The notes beneath the pieces are model-generated. The model did no database searches and was not told the origin of the DNA. It saw only the letters and a list, made by a program, of their open reading frames with translations. DNA of 64,000 nucleotides, taken from positions 17,230,950-17,294,949 of the forward strand of contig NC_134029.1 of NCBI RefSeq assembly GCF_964204645.1, written 5' to 3'. The stretch is from Tubulanus polymorphus. Lineage: Eukaryota; Animalia; Nemertea. A program made the translations under genes and the position numbers. Positions 22,470-34,285 of the stretch are shown piece by piece (position 1 is the stretch's first letter; each line of letters begins with the position of its first letter).

Positions 22470-23740
22470 GTGCAATTACATGTCTTTTGTGACGCCTCAG
22501 AACGCGCATTTGGTGCGGTTGCATATTCGTTGCATATTCATGGTCGTTATTCTATGGATAATGAGAATTTGTGCTCTTTTACCGTTTCTAAAACGCATTT
22601 GGCTCCCAACAAACACCCTCTGACTATACCTAAGTTGGAATTACAGGGTGCTGTTTTGGCTGTTCATCTCGCTGAAACTTTAATGGCCGAGATTTCTGAG
22701 ATAAAGGCAGTGACGTACTGGATAGATTCTCAGACTGTTATACGTTACATCGGTAATGAGAAAAAACGGTTTAAAACCTTTGTTGCTAATAGGATTGCAG
22801 AGATTCGAGAAGTGTCCTCGGTAAATCAGTGGAAGTTTGTTTCGACTGATTGCAATCCAGCCGATGATTGTACTCGCGGTCTAAGCGGTTCACAATTAGA
22901 GATTTCCCATAGGTGGTTTGATGGTCCAGATTTTCTAAAACAATCGGAAAATAGTTGGCCCTCCCAGCCTCAAGTTGGTTGTATTTCTGACGCGGATGAA
23001 AATGTACGAGTTGTCAGATCAGTGAATAAAGTTTCATCGTTCTCAGCAAATATTTATGAGAGGGTTGTTGATTTGCATGGTTTAATTGAGCCAGAAAACT
23101 TTTCGCTTTGATATCCCTTGTTGCGCCGAGCTGCTTGGATCATACGCGCAGTGAAGAATTTTGCTTTTGCAGTTCCAAGATTAGGATTTAAAGCCATGAA
23201 AGCTGGTACCTTGCTTCCCGAGGAACTGCAGTTTGCGGAATGTTGCATAATAACTCAGGCTCAAAAGGAGGGTTTTCCTGAGGATTATATTTGTATTAAG
23301 GAGAGCAGGCTAATGGAGCGTAGCTCTTTACGTTGCCTTGATCCGTTTTTTGATGGTAATTATATACGTGTTGGTGGGAGAATCCACAGCACAATACACA
23401 TAGAGGCTAGACACCAGATTCTTCTCCCATATAGTCATCACATTACGGACTTGCTAGTGCAGAAAGAACATCTTTCTAATTTTCATGCCGGACCTGAGCA
23501 CACAATATCTGTATTGTACACAATGTCGTATTAGAAGTATGCCAGCACTACGCTATGGCTGGATATAGCAATTGTAAGTTATCAAATTATCACAATTTTC
23601 CGCTAATTGTATTGTATTGTTACTCATTTAGTTGTTTTTGTATTGTAGCAAACCAATACTCGGTACTCGTTATTTTGCAGTCGTTAATAAAATCCGAGTT
23701 GAAGCTATTCCGTCGTTTTCGTTGATCGTAGTTGCTGACA
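22470..23740 (+). mobile_element. BEL/Pao LTR retrotransposon remnant (RNase H to integrase zinc-finger region) followed by an LTR-like 3' segment
   Basis: QLHVFCDASERAFGAVAY, TIPKLELQGA, WIDS, FVANRIAEI, NPADDCTRG, WFDGPDFL, IRVGGRI and HAG. The segment at about 23510-23740 has aataaa and ends ...cgtagttgctgaca. Confidence 0.88.
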
Positions 23741-24099
23741 ACGTTAATGTCGATAAATTTATTTTTCAAATTTTCATTCGTCTACTTCTCAAATAGTTAT
23801 GTGTCCTCGATAATTGTTCCCGTAATACCTGCAACGGATTTCAAACTATCCTCAGTAATCCAATTCATAGTTGAAGCAGGCATGAATTCATCAATTCAAT
23901 CACAATGTGAAAAAAACTGGGAAGACTCAAATCTAATTTATTAAACAGTCACAGAGTAATCCTTTATTATTTATTTGAATTCATCTTTCATCTATTCAAC
24001 TTGGTAAGGTATATCGATTCTATATGAACTGAATTTACAAAGAAATTAATTCGATGACTCAAACCTCACAGTGAAACTTATCTTTGAAGAAATGGGGCA

Positions 24100-25131
24100 A
24101 TGATAACAGTGAATAGCTCCCGTCAGTGTCCACTGCAGCCGTTCGCGCCAATTATTTTAACATCGATGGCAATTCTACCGACAGGAATAATGGGTGTAAT
24201 ACTGGATTTGATCACAGTATTTGTCTATCGTCGCATTGCCAGATCCCAATCAAATAAAGGCTTTCACTCATCCAGTTGGCTTATGCAGGTATGGGCTGGT
24301 TTAGATGCGGTGACGCTTTCTACGAGTTATTTGGGTATTTCACTTCAGTTCGCGGCTGCGCTTGTTGCGTACGGTAAACTTGCATTTAAAATTCACAAAG
24401 GCAGCATTTTCCCATACTTCTTCCTGACCGTTCCAGCTGGATTCGGAACGGTGCTCGTGACTACGGAGCCGTGGATGATCGCGTTGCTTACATTTGATAG
24501 ATTTTTGCACGTTTACGATCCCTTTAGAGCACCTCAGTGGACCAGCAAATTCAACCTTTCGTTTAGTATCAGTTTTATATTATTTTGTTCCACTTTTCTG
24601 TTGGTTTTACTTGTCATACCGTTTCCTGAATTCAAACCAATGACCAGCATTGAGCTAATCCCATTCAGTTGCCCTTACGGATTACCCGGTTATGAAATAT
24701 TTTGGAGAAGAAATAACCTGGAGAAATTTCTATCGAGAATTCGTATTGGTATATACGGTGTATTAATACCCGTATCAATCATATTAATGTTCAATATTGG
24801 TATTCTGATATTAGTTTCTAAAAGTGTCATTTCGATTAAACGAAATATCAATGTTCATAAGTCACACAATGTCCGAGCAACCGTTGTCGTAATTTCGATT
24901 GTATTTAGTTACCTGTTACTTAAGGGACCCGCTGCAATGATACATATTTATCAGGGTGTCACGCCAGAAGGTATCGCCTTAAAAACCCTGTACAAGCGAC
25001 CGTGGCTGTATGCGTGTATACGGAACATCGGTTCTTTTACCAGTATCGTCAATTTTATAGTTTTTTCATTCATAAACCCTACATTTAAAAAGGAACTCCG
25101 ACACACATTGTGCAACAGGAGAATAAGATAA
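24100..25131 (+). CDS. Intronless rhodopsin-family 7TM GPCR (FMRFamide-receptor-like / invertebrate chemoreceptor-type expansion)
   Basis: 343 aa with seven hydrophobic segments; TM3 LTFDRFLHVYDPFRA, TM5 P...ILMFN, TM7 SIVNFIVFSFINPTFKKEL. Confidence 0.85.
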   Translation: MITVNSSRQCPLQPFAPIILTSMAILPTGIMGVILDLITVFVYRRIARSQSNKGFHSSSWLMQVWAGLDAVTLSTSYLGISLQFAAALVAYGKLAFKIHKGSIFPYFFLTVPAGFGTVLVTTEPWMIALLTFDRFLHVYDPFRAPQWTSKFNLSFSISFILFCSTFLLVLLVIPFPEFKPMTSIELIPFSCPYGLPGYEIFWRRNNLEKFLSRIRIGIYGVLIPVSIILMFNIGILILVSKSVISIKRNINVHKSHNVRATVVVISIVFSYLLLKGPAAMIHIYQGVTPEGIALKTLYKRPWLYACIRNIGSFTSIVNFIVFSFINPTFKKELRHTLCNRRIR

Positions 25132-25537
25132 GAATATAGCTGCAAAGCAGCGATAACGGGTTTCTGCCTTGGTACCTTGCAGAGTTAAATGTCGTACTAG
25201 GAAGCTTGCAAGCAAACAAAATCACTCGGGAGTGAAAATCACTCATAATGATACATATTTATCAGGGTGTCACGCCAGAAGGTATCGCCTTAAAAACCCT
25301 GTACAAGCGACCGTGGCTGTATGCGTGTATACGGAACATCGGTTCTTTTACCAATATCGTCAATTTTATAGTTTTTTCATTCATAAACCCTACATTTAAA
25401 AAGGAACTCCGACACACGTTGTGCAACAGGAGAATAAGATAAGAATATAGCTGCAAAGCAGCGATAACGGGTTTCTGCCTTGGTACCTTGCAGAGTTAAA
25501 TCTCGTACTAGGAAGCTTGCAAGCAAAAAAAATCACT
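24936..25537 (+). repeat. Near-identical tandem duplication (period 311 bp) of the GPCR 3' end plus the adjacent repeat terminus
   Basis: 24936-25226 is repeated at 25247-25537 with only a few substitutions. Confidence 0.95.
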
Positions 25538-27290
25538 GAAATCAGTTCATGACGTACCGCTTTTTTGAAGGAGCGCCAGCTAAGGGTCACCACATAACAT
25601 ATCGTTGACCCACATGGCTACTAAGTGCAAAGTACTATTGTACCAAGTTAAGGGAATATAACCCCACGAGAATAACGGTGATACGGTATTTTTACCATTC
25701 CCTAGTGGCATTTGTATGAACTAATTTAGCTGGTTAGCGTACTAGGTATGTATAGTAACTATACAATATATGTATATGTACTCACACCAGGTTTTGTGAT
25801 TATCTATAATAAAATGGATGAATTACACTCGAAAAACGTATGCTAGAATGAGTTTAAAAGTTTACGCCCCTAGTGGTTGAAATAGGAACTAATTATTTGA
25901 GGGGTTCGTTGTATTTCACATCCTGGTACATGTGAATTAATTTTCATAGAAATCCCTTTATCCACTTAGTAGATATCAATACAAATGCATTTCCAGCGAC
26001 TTGTAGGTGGCGCTACTGGAGAACCACATAAGTTACCTACTTAAACTATGCATCAATACAAGTATCTTGTAAAGGGCTACTAACCACACATTGCAACCAC
26101 GATTCTATGATAGGTTTTGTGATTTTCTTAATAAACAGTGGGTAAATAGGAACTAATTATGTGCGGGGTTTGCTGTATTTAGTAACCAGGTACATATGTA
26201 TAATTTTTTATAGAAATCTATTTATACGCATAGTAGTCGATATAGATGAAAATGCGTTATCCAGCATTTTACAGGTGGTGCTACTGGAGAACAATGTCAG
26301 TTACATAGTTAAACCATACATCAATACAAGCGTCTTGTAAAGGGCTACTGACCACGTCAGTCCATGACTATTTCCGAAGCTAAATATGTGGATCCAAGGC
26401 TGGCTAATGTCGACATGCAACGCGACGCCTACCAACTGGGTTTATCGCCGATTAGCGGCAACTAGCGGCCTACGAGGGCCGCCAGTTACTGCTCTATCGA
26501 TTCGACATAAAGCGGCTTGCGACGGCAACCCGACGCTTACCGACTCGTCGCAAGCCGTAGCCGGCTAGATGCCCATGTTCTACTCCGGCCTACGGTAGGC
26601 GGACAGTTCTTTCGATCGCAGCCGACATAAGCTCATCTGCGACGCGACGGAACTGAGCGCAGGGGTTCCAGCCAATGAGAGACCGCATATACATAGTACA
26701 AATTATCACCGCTAGTCAGCGTCATTCGTTATTAGTCATAAACTTTCAAATTCAAGTAGTTCAAAACGTAAACCAAACCTTCAGCACGACAGAGGTCTGG
26801 ACCGAAGATCTTCTAGAAACGAAATTGGTAGAATTATGGTGTGAGCGGCCATCTTTATATGATGTCGCTAGCACGTATTCAAAACAGAATCAGAAAGATC
26901 AAAGACTTAAAGAAATAGCTTTCTGATAGAAATATATTTCCTAATAATTCAAATTTATTCTCAAATTGCTTATCACGTGACCATTTGAGCCGTTGCAGTT
27001 GCTAGTAATCGCAAGCGACATAAGCAGGGAAGCAACTGGGAGGATCTCATATCCTGCTAGTCGGCCTCAGTTGCTGCGAATCGGAGCGCAGTCGACATAA
27101 GCTGGGCTGCGATCGCGGTTGCTCTCAGTTGCGTCGGTAGGAGTCGGTAGGCGTCGCGTTGCTTGTCGACATAAGCCTGCCTTAAGGGCTACCACATAAA
27201 AAAGTACTGATATACCAAGTCTAGTCAAAATGACTTAACCGAATATATGGTGCTTTCAATGTCCCTTGGTGGCAGTTGCATGAACTTGGT
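25444..27290. mobile_element. Non-autonomous Helentron/HINE-like dispersed repeat with internal tandem units of about 270 bp
   Basis: Begins aatatagctgcaaagcagcgataacgggtttc (stem-loop plus subterminal IR). Internal units carry aggtggcgctactggagaac. The same family occurs inverted at 58660-59540. The superfamily assignment is inferred. Confidence 0.55.
26396..27183 (+). mobile_element. PIF/Harbinger-like deletion derivative carrying a MADF/Myb-like fragment
   Basis: TIRs of about 43 bp (aaggc.ggct.atgtcgaca.gcaacgcgacgcctacc.act); internal WTEDLLETKLVELWCERPSLYDV...KEIA at about 26790-26920. The TSD is not clean. Confidence 0.75.
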
Positions 27291-30200
27291 AAAGTCTCAC
27301 ATCGAGGCAGAGAAAGAAATATTTCCGGGAAAGATTAAAAGACGCAAAACAAACATACTTATTGTTCGCTTTTTTTCCTATCCTTAATTTAAAAGTGAAG
27401 TATTGTCATGAACAATTAATTAATTTTTGATGATCAATTAATTCTGTGGTTTTCTTTCTTAATTTACATTTGATTTGATATTTACATTTGATTTGGAAGG
27501 TCATCTTGCTCAGGAGTCAGTTTGTCAAAGCATCGAAAAAATGTTGTTTAATTCTCAGTTGCAGCGGGGGCAGGGCGGTCATTATTTTGCCAACTTATCC
27601 AAATTACACTTACACAACCCAATGTGTTTCACTGTGTAAACTCCATCGTACTCGGCATTAGCGGGACGTTGAGGAATTGAATTTTAGCCACCTGGACCCT
27701 CGGCTTGATTCGAGCAACGACCTTAACTGAATTCACAGAATTGGATTATGAGTCTAGTATTTTCTAAATTTCCGAATGCTTTTTCTGGTTTGATCAATTC
27801 CAATTCAATCTTGAAATTTACAAATAATTTGTCAAATAGATTTTTATTTTATTGAAAGAAAATCTACTGAATACAGATTTTGAAATTAATTATGTGTCGA
27901 TTTATCCAGACGAAATAACTACAGCAAAATCAACTGAGGATCAACAAGGCGAAGTTTTCATTTATCTTCGGATAATTTGACTACCCCTGATGATGATACA
28001 TGCATTTTGGCGACACATTTTGAAACCTCAACGCTTTATCTACCCGCGCCGATTAGACAGCCACAGTCGATTTTCATGCCATCTGACCTCTTTCTACCTG
28101 TAATTAAGCAATCAAATGTAATAGTTACTCAGTTATATAATATCGTAGAGGAGCGAAAGAAAGTATCATAGAATGTGTATCATATCATTCAATGTGATTG
28201 CGATAATGAATTTAAAAGTTTAATCCTAATAATAAACCTTTGAATATGTTAGTTTTATAATCATTTTTAAAATATTTAACTTTTAAATGATTAAATCAAA
28301 TAACAATTTAACATTTTATCAATTTAACAGTTCATTAACTAATTTCACAATGTTTTAACTATTATATATTTGAAATTTTCAAATTACTCATACAGCTTAA
28401 TCTTTTTTTAATATAGAATTATTATTCTTTCCATAATTGATATGTTTAATTGTGATGATATTTGATCAATCATAGTAATATCATCGATTTTAAATTGGCT
28501 TCCATACACTAAATTTGTTGCTGAGATATAATTTCTAATGTTAAATAATGAAAATAAGTTATCAATTTCAGACGATTTCTTCTCATTTCGCCTTTGGCCT
28601 AGGTGACCGAACACTAGCGCTCTTAGCGGTTGCGGCAAACATTTAAATCATGTGAATAGAAGTATTCGCGAAATCGAAAATTTCAGGTGGCCTTACCTGG
28701 CCAATAATTTTGCTGATTATGATTTTTTCCCGAACGAAGGTTGTTCAAAAACCTTAGCTAGGCCCAATCCTCCCATAAATAAGGGTAAAAAAATATTCTA
28801 GAGGGAAAGGTTTCAGCGAACTCAAACTCTTTTTTAATTTTTAACTTTTTAACTTTTTAAAATAAGAATTTAATATATAAATGAGGTGCTCAAAGTAATT
28901 AAAGATCCCGCGAAAGAAATGAATAATAAATACATGAATTCAATACTATATTTTTTAACTGCTAATAATAATTTAGCTGATATTTCAGGAGTAAATATAG
29001 ATTAGTATTATAAATCGGATAGAAATTAATTAATTGAAACGTCAGATATATTTTGCGATAATATAATGCTATATAAAATCATGTTAGAAAAAGAAATTAT
29101 TAATGATAATAGAACAACTTTTCTTAACGTTAATCAGAGAAAGATAACACATTATGAAATTAAAGAATGTTTTAATCAAGGAAATATTATATTAGATGAA
29201 AACATGAAAACAGCATGAAAACATCATTTCGACTTAAGTAATTATCCTAAAAATCATTAATTGTTTGACAATGACAATAAAAAGGTTGCCGGTAAATTCA
29301 AAGATGAATTAGGCGGTGAAGAAATGATAGAGTTCATAGGTATTAGATCTAAAATGTATACTTATAAAACTAAAGAACATGAATCAAAGAAATTACCAAA
29401 AGTGTAGTAGAAAAGAATATTCATTTCAAAGATTACATCAATTGTATATTCAATGAAGAAGTTAGAAAACATAAGATGAAATGTTTAAGATCTGAGTACC
29501 ACGAAATGTTTATTGAAGAAATAGAAAAGATGATAAAAAATGTATTTTAGATGATGGAATTCATACAGTCGCGGATGGTTGTAATTTAGATGAATACTTA
29601 AAGTTCAAAAGAGAAGAAACACAAGAGAATGAAATTATGAAAAGAACTCTAGCATGTTAATCAATTTTGATAAAAAAATTTGTTATTAAAATGGAGAGTA
29701 AACAAGTACACAGTGAGAAAAACAAATCATTTCTAGATAGAATCTTTTATACTACCAATAAACTGTGTACTAACAATGCTAGATCAGTAGATTATAAATT
29801 TAAAAAGTTAACAGAACTAACAATTCATAAGAAATATTTAATTACAAGTATTGAAACAATTACTAACAAATATGGAGTTAAATTAGTTATTCATTTAGAA
29901 TATGAAGGATTGAAAGGAAATAAATATAAATTCAGAACATATTTACCAGATAGATTTCATAGATAATCAAGTGAAGATCTAGAAGAATTATGTTCAGGTG
30001 ATTTCTATTACATATACAAAGGTATGAATGAAAAAGGACACCATGAAATAGAATTCGAATAAAATACATTAAATAAATGCAAGATAAATTAAAAGAATAT
30101 AGAATATTTGTTGATTCTAGAAAACTGTTAAATTCTAAATCGCATAATTTACTAGTACAATTAGATAGAGAATTTAGAAATTTTGTAGATTTGAAATTAG

Positions 30201-31214
30201 TAAATGTAATGTTTATGTAATTCTTTTTATAATATATCGGATAAAACTTTCGAACATAGAAGGTTTATGATTTATTTGAGAAATAAAAATAAATGGTTTC
30301 ATCTATTTCTAAAACCAGGATTATATAATTTAGAATCATTAGCGCAGGAAATTAATGGAAGAGCTCCGTTGAAAATCGGGGGCACTACTCTGCTGAATTT
30401 GAAATTAAATTCAATAAAATTGATAGTTCTAATATAATAAGAATAAAGTTATCTAATGAACAACATAAATTTATGGTAAACAAACCAGTAGCTAAAATGT
30501 TAGGAGTTAAACCGCATATTGTTATTGGAAATGCAGAAGGTAGCTCAAATATAATACCTTTTACGCACTTTTATATTTATTGCAATTTAATTGATCCTAC
30601 AAAAACATTTGAAGCAACTAAAGATACAATTTGTAATTCTAGTTTATTAAATATTTTACCATTAAAAAATGTTACACAATTTGGAACTCAAATAAATTAT
30701 AATTTAACTGAATGTGATTTTAAACCTTGTATTCCACAATTTAATAATTTTAAATTAGAAGTAAGAAATCATAATGGATACTTAATTGATTTAAATAATT
30801 TTCCTGTAATTTATGAATTAGTTATAAGATGTAAAGAAAAATTTTTTCACTATATAAATGAATTAACAGTAGGACCGAGTATATGCTTTGGGTTTGATTT
30901 GAAACGTGAGAAAGAAGTGAAATTTTAAATTAATGATGTGATAACTCATATCAAAAATATTGCATTTTTAAATGAAACAACATTTGATTATGAAACAACA
31001 ATAAATAAAGAAACTTTAAATGTAGAAAAGATCACTGATTTAATTAGAGAATCTTTAAGATTTTATGAATTAGATGAAGATTTTATTATCGATGATATTA
31101 AAAGAATAATAACTGAAATATATGAAAATTAAACTAATAATATCATAAATGTTGAAATAATTATAACTAAGTTAACTAAATATTTTGAAGATAATAATTT
31201 TTTTTGATAAATAA

Positions 31215-31442
31215 ATGAATGATAATCAGCGGATAATAAATGGATTATATAATGGAGCATTACTATCAGTTGGAACTGTTGGTTATACAATGGTATTAAA
31301 AAAAGTATTCAAAATTGGAAGTATTAATGTTGATAAATTTGAAATAAATGATATTTTAAAATTAACGTTAGCAGTTACTTTATCTAATTTAACAATTGAT
31401 TATTTGGAAAAACAAAAATATATTCCTCCTATAAATCCATAA
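31215..31442 (+). CDS. Polinton 75-aa hydrophobic protein (copy C)
   Basis: Homologue of 14777-14998; TAAATG start. Confidence 0.72.
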   Translation: MNDNQRIINGLYNGALLSVGTVGYTMVLKKVFKIGSINVDKFEINDILKLTLAVTLSNLTIDYLEKQKYIPPINP

Positions 31443-31456
31443 TTTTTGTTAAATAA

Positions 31457-31879
31457 ATGGCTTCTGCAATTATAACTATTATAAGATCGGCAATTGTTAA
31501 CGCTTTAGCATTTACTGGTGGGGGATATTTGTTTAAGCATATCGATAAAAATAGTTCATTAGCAGAACAAAGAAGACATAACTTAGCGTTAGAGAAATAT
31601 AATAAAGCAGCAGAAGAGTATAGAGAAAAAAGACAAAACTATATGGATTATATTAACAAAGAATTATATAACCAAAATATTTCACATAGAGATTTTAAAT
31701 CATTCGATGATGCAATGAGTTTATATAATGCAGTAACAAATCATGAAAGATTACATCTATGTAAACCTAAATTATCAGATTATTATACACCAAGTAAAGA
31801 ACAACAGAAATATGAAATAATTTGGATTTTATGTGGAACAGTTATTGTAATATTTGTTGCGGATAAATTTACTCATTAA
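31457..31879 (+). CDS. Polinton 140-aa protein with hydrophobic ends (copy C, open frame)
   Basis: MASAIITII..AIVNALAFTGGGYLF...EQRRHNLALEKY; intact version of 14332-14752. Confidence 0.78.
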   Translation: MASAIITIIRSAIVNALAFTGGGYLFKHIDKNSSLAEQRRHNLALEKYNKAAEEYREKRQNYMDYINKELYNQNISHRDFKSFDDAMSLYNAVTNHERLHLCKPKLSDYYTPSKEQQKYEIIWILCGTVIVIFVADKFTH

Positions 31880-34129
31880 TTGCTTATTAATTTGTTGCTT
31901 ATTAATTATATATTATTTTTTGTTAAATAAATGGATGATAAAGTTGATAATATTGATATTATATCTCATGATATCAGTAAAACTAAATTAAAATCATATT
32001 TTGAAAAACAGATATTAGAATTTGAAAATGATTTAAAAGTTAAAAAGAAAAAATATTTAAAAAGAAAACTATATATTACTTTATTATTAGTGGTTCAGTT
32101 ACAATAAGTCCTGTAATAACATTTTTAGCAATATTTTCACCATTGACACCTTTAGCTATATCAATTCGTGTGCTCGGATTATCATCGAGTGTTTTAACCG
32201 GAATAAGTTCAAAATTAAATATAAAAGGTAATAAAGAAAAAATCTAATATAAAAGAAATAAATAAATCATAAAATACATTAGATTATATAATAAGTTTAA
32301 ATGGTAATATAACAATTGAAGAACAAGATAAATTATTAAAAAAATTAATTAATTATTAATTTTCTTATTATATAAATGGTAGATAGTTTTCCAAAAGCTT
32401 TTCAATATAAAAAAATCAATTAAATATAATATTCCAGCAATAGATTTTAATAAAAATATTACATATAGAAATGAAGTTTTTAAATCATTAATTAATTTAG
32501 ATATTTATGTTACTGAAACTAATAATTTTAATGCAAAGATGGAAAATATATTTCATGTATATTTAATTAATTTAAAAAAAATGAAAGATGAAAAACAATG
32601 GGTATTAAAATCTAATATGAAGTATTGGCAGAACCAATTAAATTTTTCAGTTTATTGCGCAACAACAGGTTGTGGAATTAGTTGGAATGATCCTTTAAAT
32701 AATTCAAAATATAAATCAATTCAAAGTTTATTTAGATTTCATACTTATTTTCAAAGAAGATTAATAATAAATGAATTAGAGGGTCCTTTACCAACTCTAG
32801 ATAATTTAAAGAATTAGACAATATTATTAATTTATCAAAGTTTTATAAAGTTTGTAATGAATTTAATATAAGTATAAATAATTTTGTTTTAGAACAAAAA
32901 TTGGAACAATAAGATCACTTCCTTGCCTTAAAAATGTTGCACAATATTGCGCACTTCCCTTACCAATTAAAAGTTTTTACAATATCTATAAAATTAAATT
33001 AGGTTATGGTAAAATAGAAAATATGGATTTAGAAACCTTAAATATCATTAAATTACCGAAATTTTGTCATCATTTAAAACAAGAAAAAAATAATGGTTGG
33101 GTTTATTTCATTTTAGAAAATAGTGAAGGATTTACTAAAATCAGGTATACAAAGAATAAATCGATCAATTAGAACCTATTTGATTTGCATACTAGGATCA
33201 CAGGTTGAAACAAGATCCCCAGTAATTGGAAATTTAAATACATCATTTGATACAGAAAAACAATTTAAAGTTTTATTTGAAGATTCTATTCATAATGATA
33301 AAAATAAATCTATTCCAGAAAACATTATAAGATACCAAAATTATTTAGATCAATCACATGTTAGATTGAATTATTGTATTGGTCCTAATTTATTAATTAT
33401 TTCTGATGATTTAATATTAAAGATGGGAAATATAATTGTTTATGATAATTTGATTAAAACTGCAACAATAAATAATAAGTTTGGAATAAATGATATAAAT
33501 AAAAAAAATTATCACTGCCCCAAAACGAATGGAAGGTGAAAAAAATAAAAAAACATATTCAATCAACAGAAACTAAAACTAAGAATATTAAATTGGATAA
33601 TGATTCTAAAATACATCAGAAAATAAAAAAAAACTGATAATATTCAACATGAAATAATTAAAACCAATAATGATAATAAATCACATGAAAATGCCTAATT
33701 AGCTATAACTTGTATAGGAATTGTTATAGGAGGAATATCATATTCTAAATTTTAAATTTCATAAGATAAAATTTATATTTCCATAAGATAAATGGATGTA
33801 GATGCAACATGTATGGTTACGTTTAAGATGTACGGTATAATAGTAATATGATAGGCCTATTGTATTTTATGAAACCATTCTCGACATGGTCGCAAAATAA
33901 AGCAGTTCGTCATCCAGAAATCATCCTGTGCCTTATACGTGTGTTATTATTTTGGATTGTTCTACCTGACTAGTTCCCGGCTAACACTCCAGACAAATTC
34001 AACGCTGTTACATAGAATTATTTCGATGACGCTTCCAAGTGCGATATATGAACCAGTTAGGTAGAAACCCGTTATCGCTGCAATGCAGCTATATTATTCA
34101 TATATCATTCATTAATATAACATCCACCA

Positions 34130-34285
34130 CATGGCGGATCTAGGGCTGTAACATCGGAAAACATAAACTTTATTTTCACACTCTGTTAAACCCTCTAAAA
34201 ATGGAAAAGATAACCTGAAAAAAATTATTTTTTAATGAATTTTCAGGGCACTTGAAAATTCTAGGGGGATTTTAGATCCGCCCTG
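34130..34285. mobile_element. Small MITE
   Basis: Ends catggcggatcta ... tagatccgccctg form a 13-bp TIR with 1 mismatch; no TSD seen. Confidence 0.5.

Larger units (their letters stand above)
29215..33755 (+). mobile_element. Polinton copy C (fragment): pPolB C-terminus, SSB-like gene, penton-like gene, three small membrane genes and the 433-aa homologue
   Basis: Collinear with the reverse complement of 12560-16975; many stops and frameshifts. Confidence 0.93.

Noticed and set aside
22390-22470. Exact Polinton right end and 6-bp TSD
   Set aside because: No clear terminal short-repeat or AG/CT end is visible and the left end of copy B is deleted, so a TSD cannot be tested.
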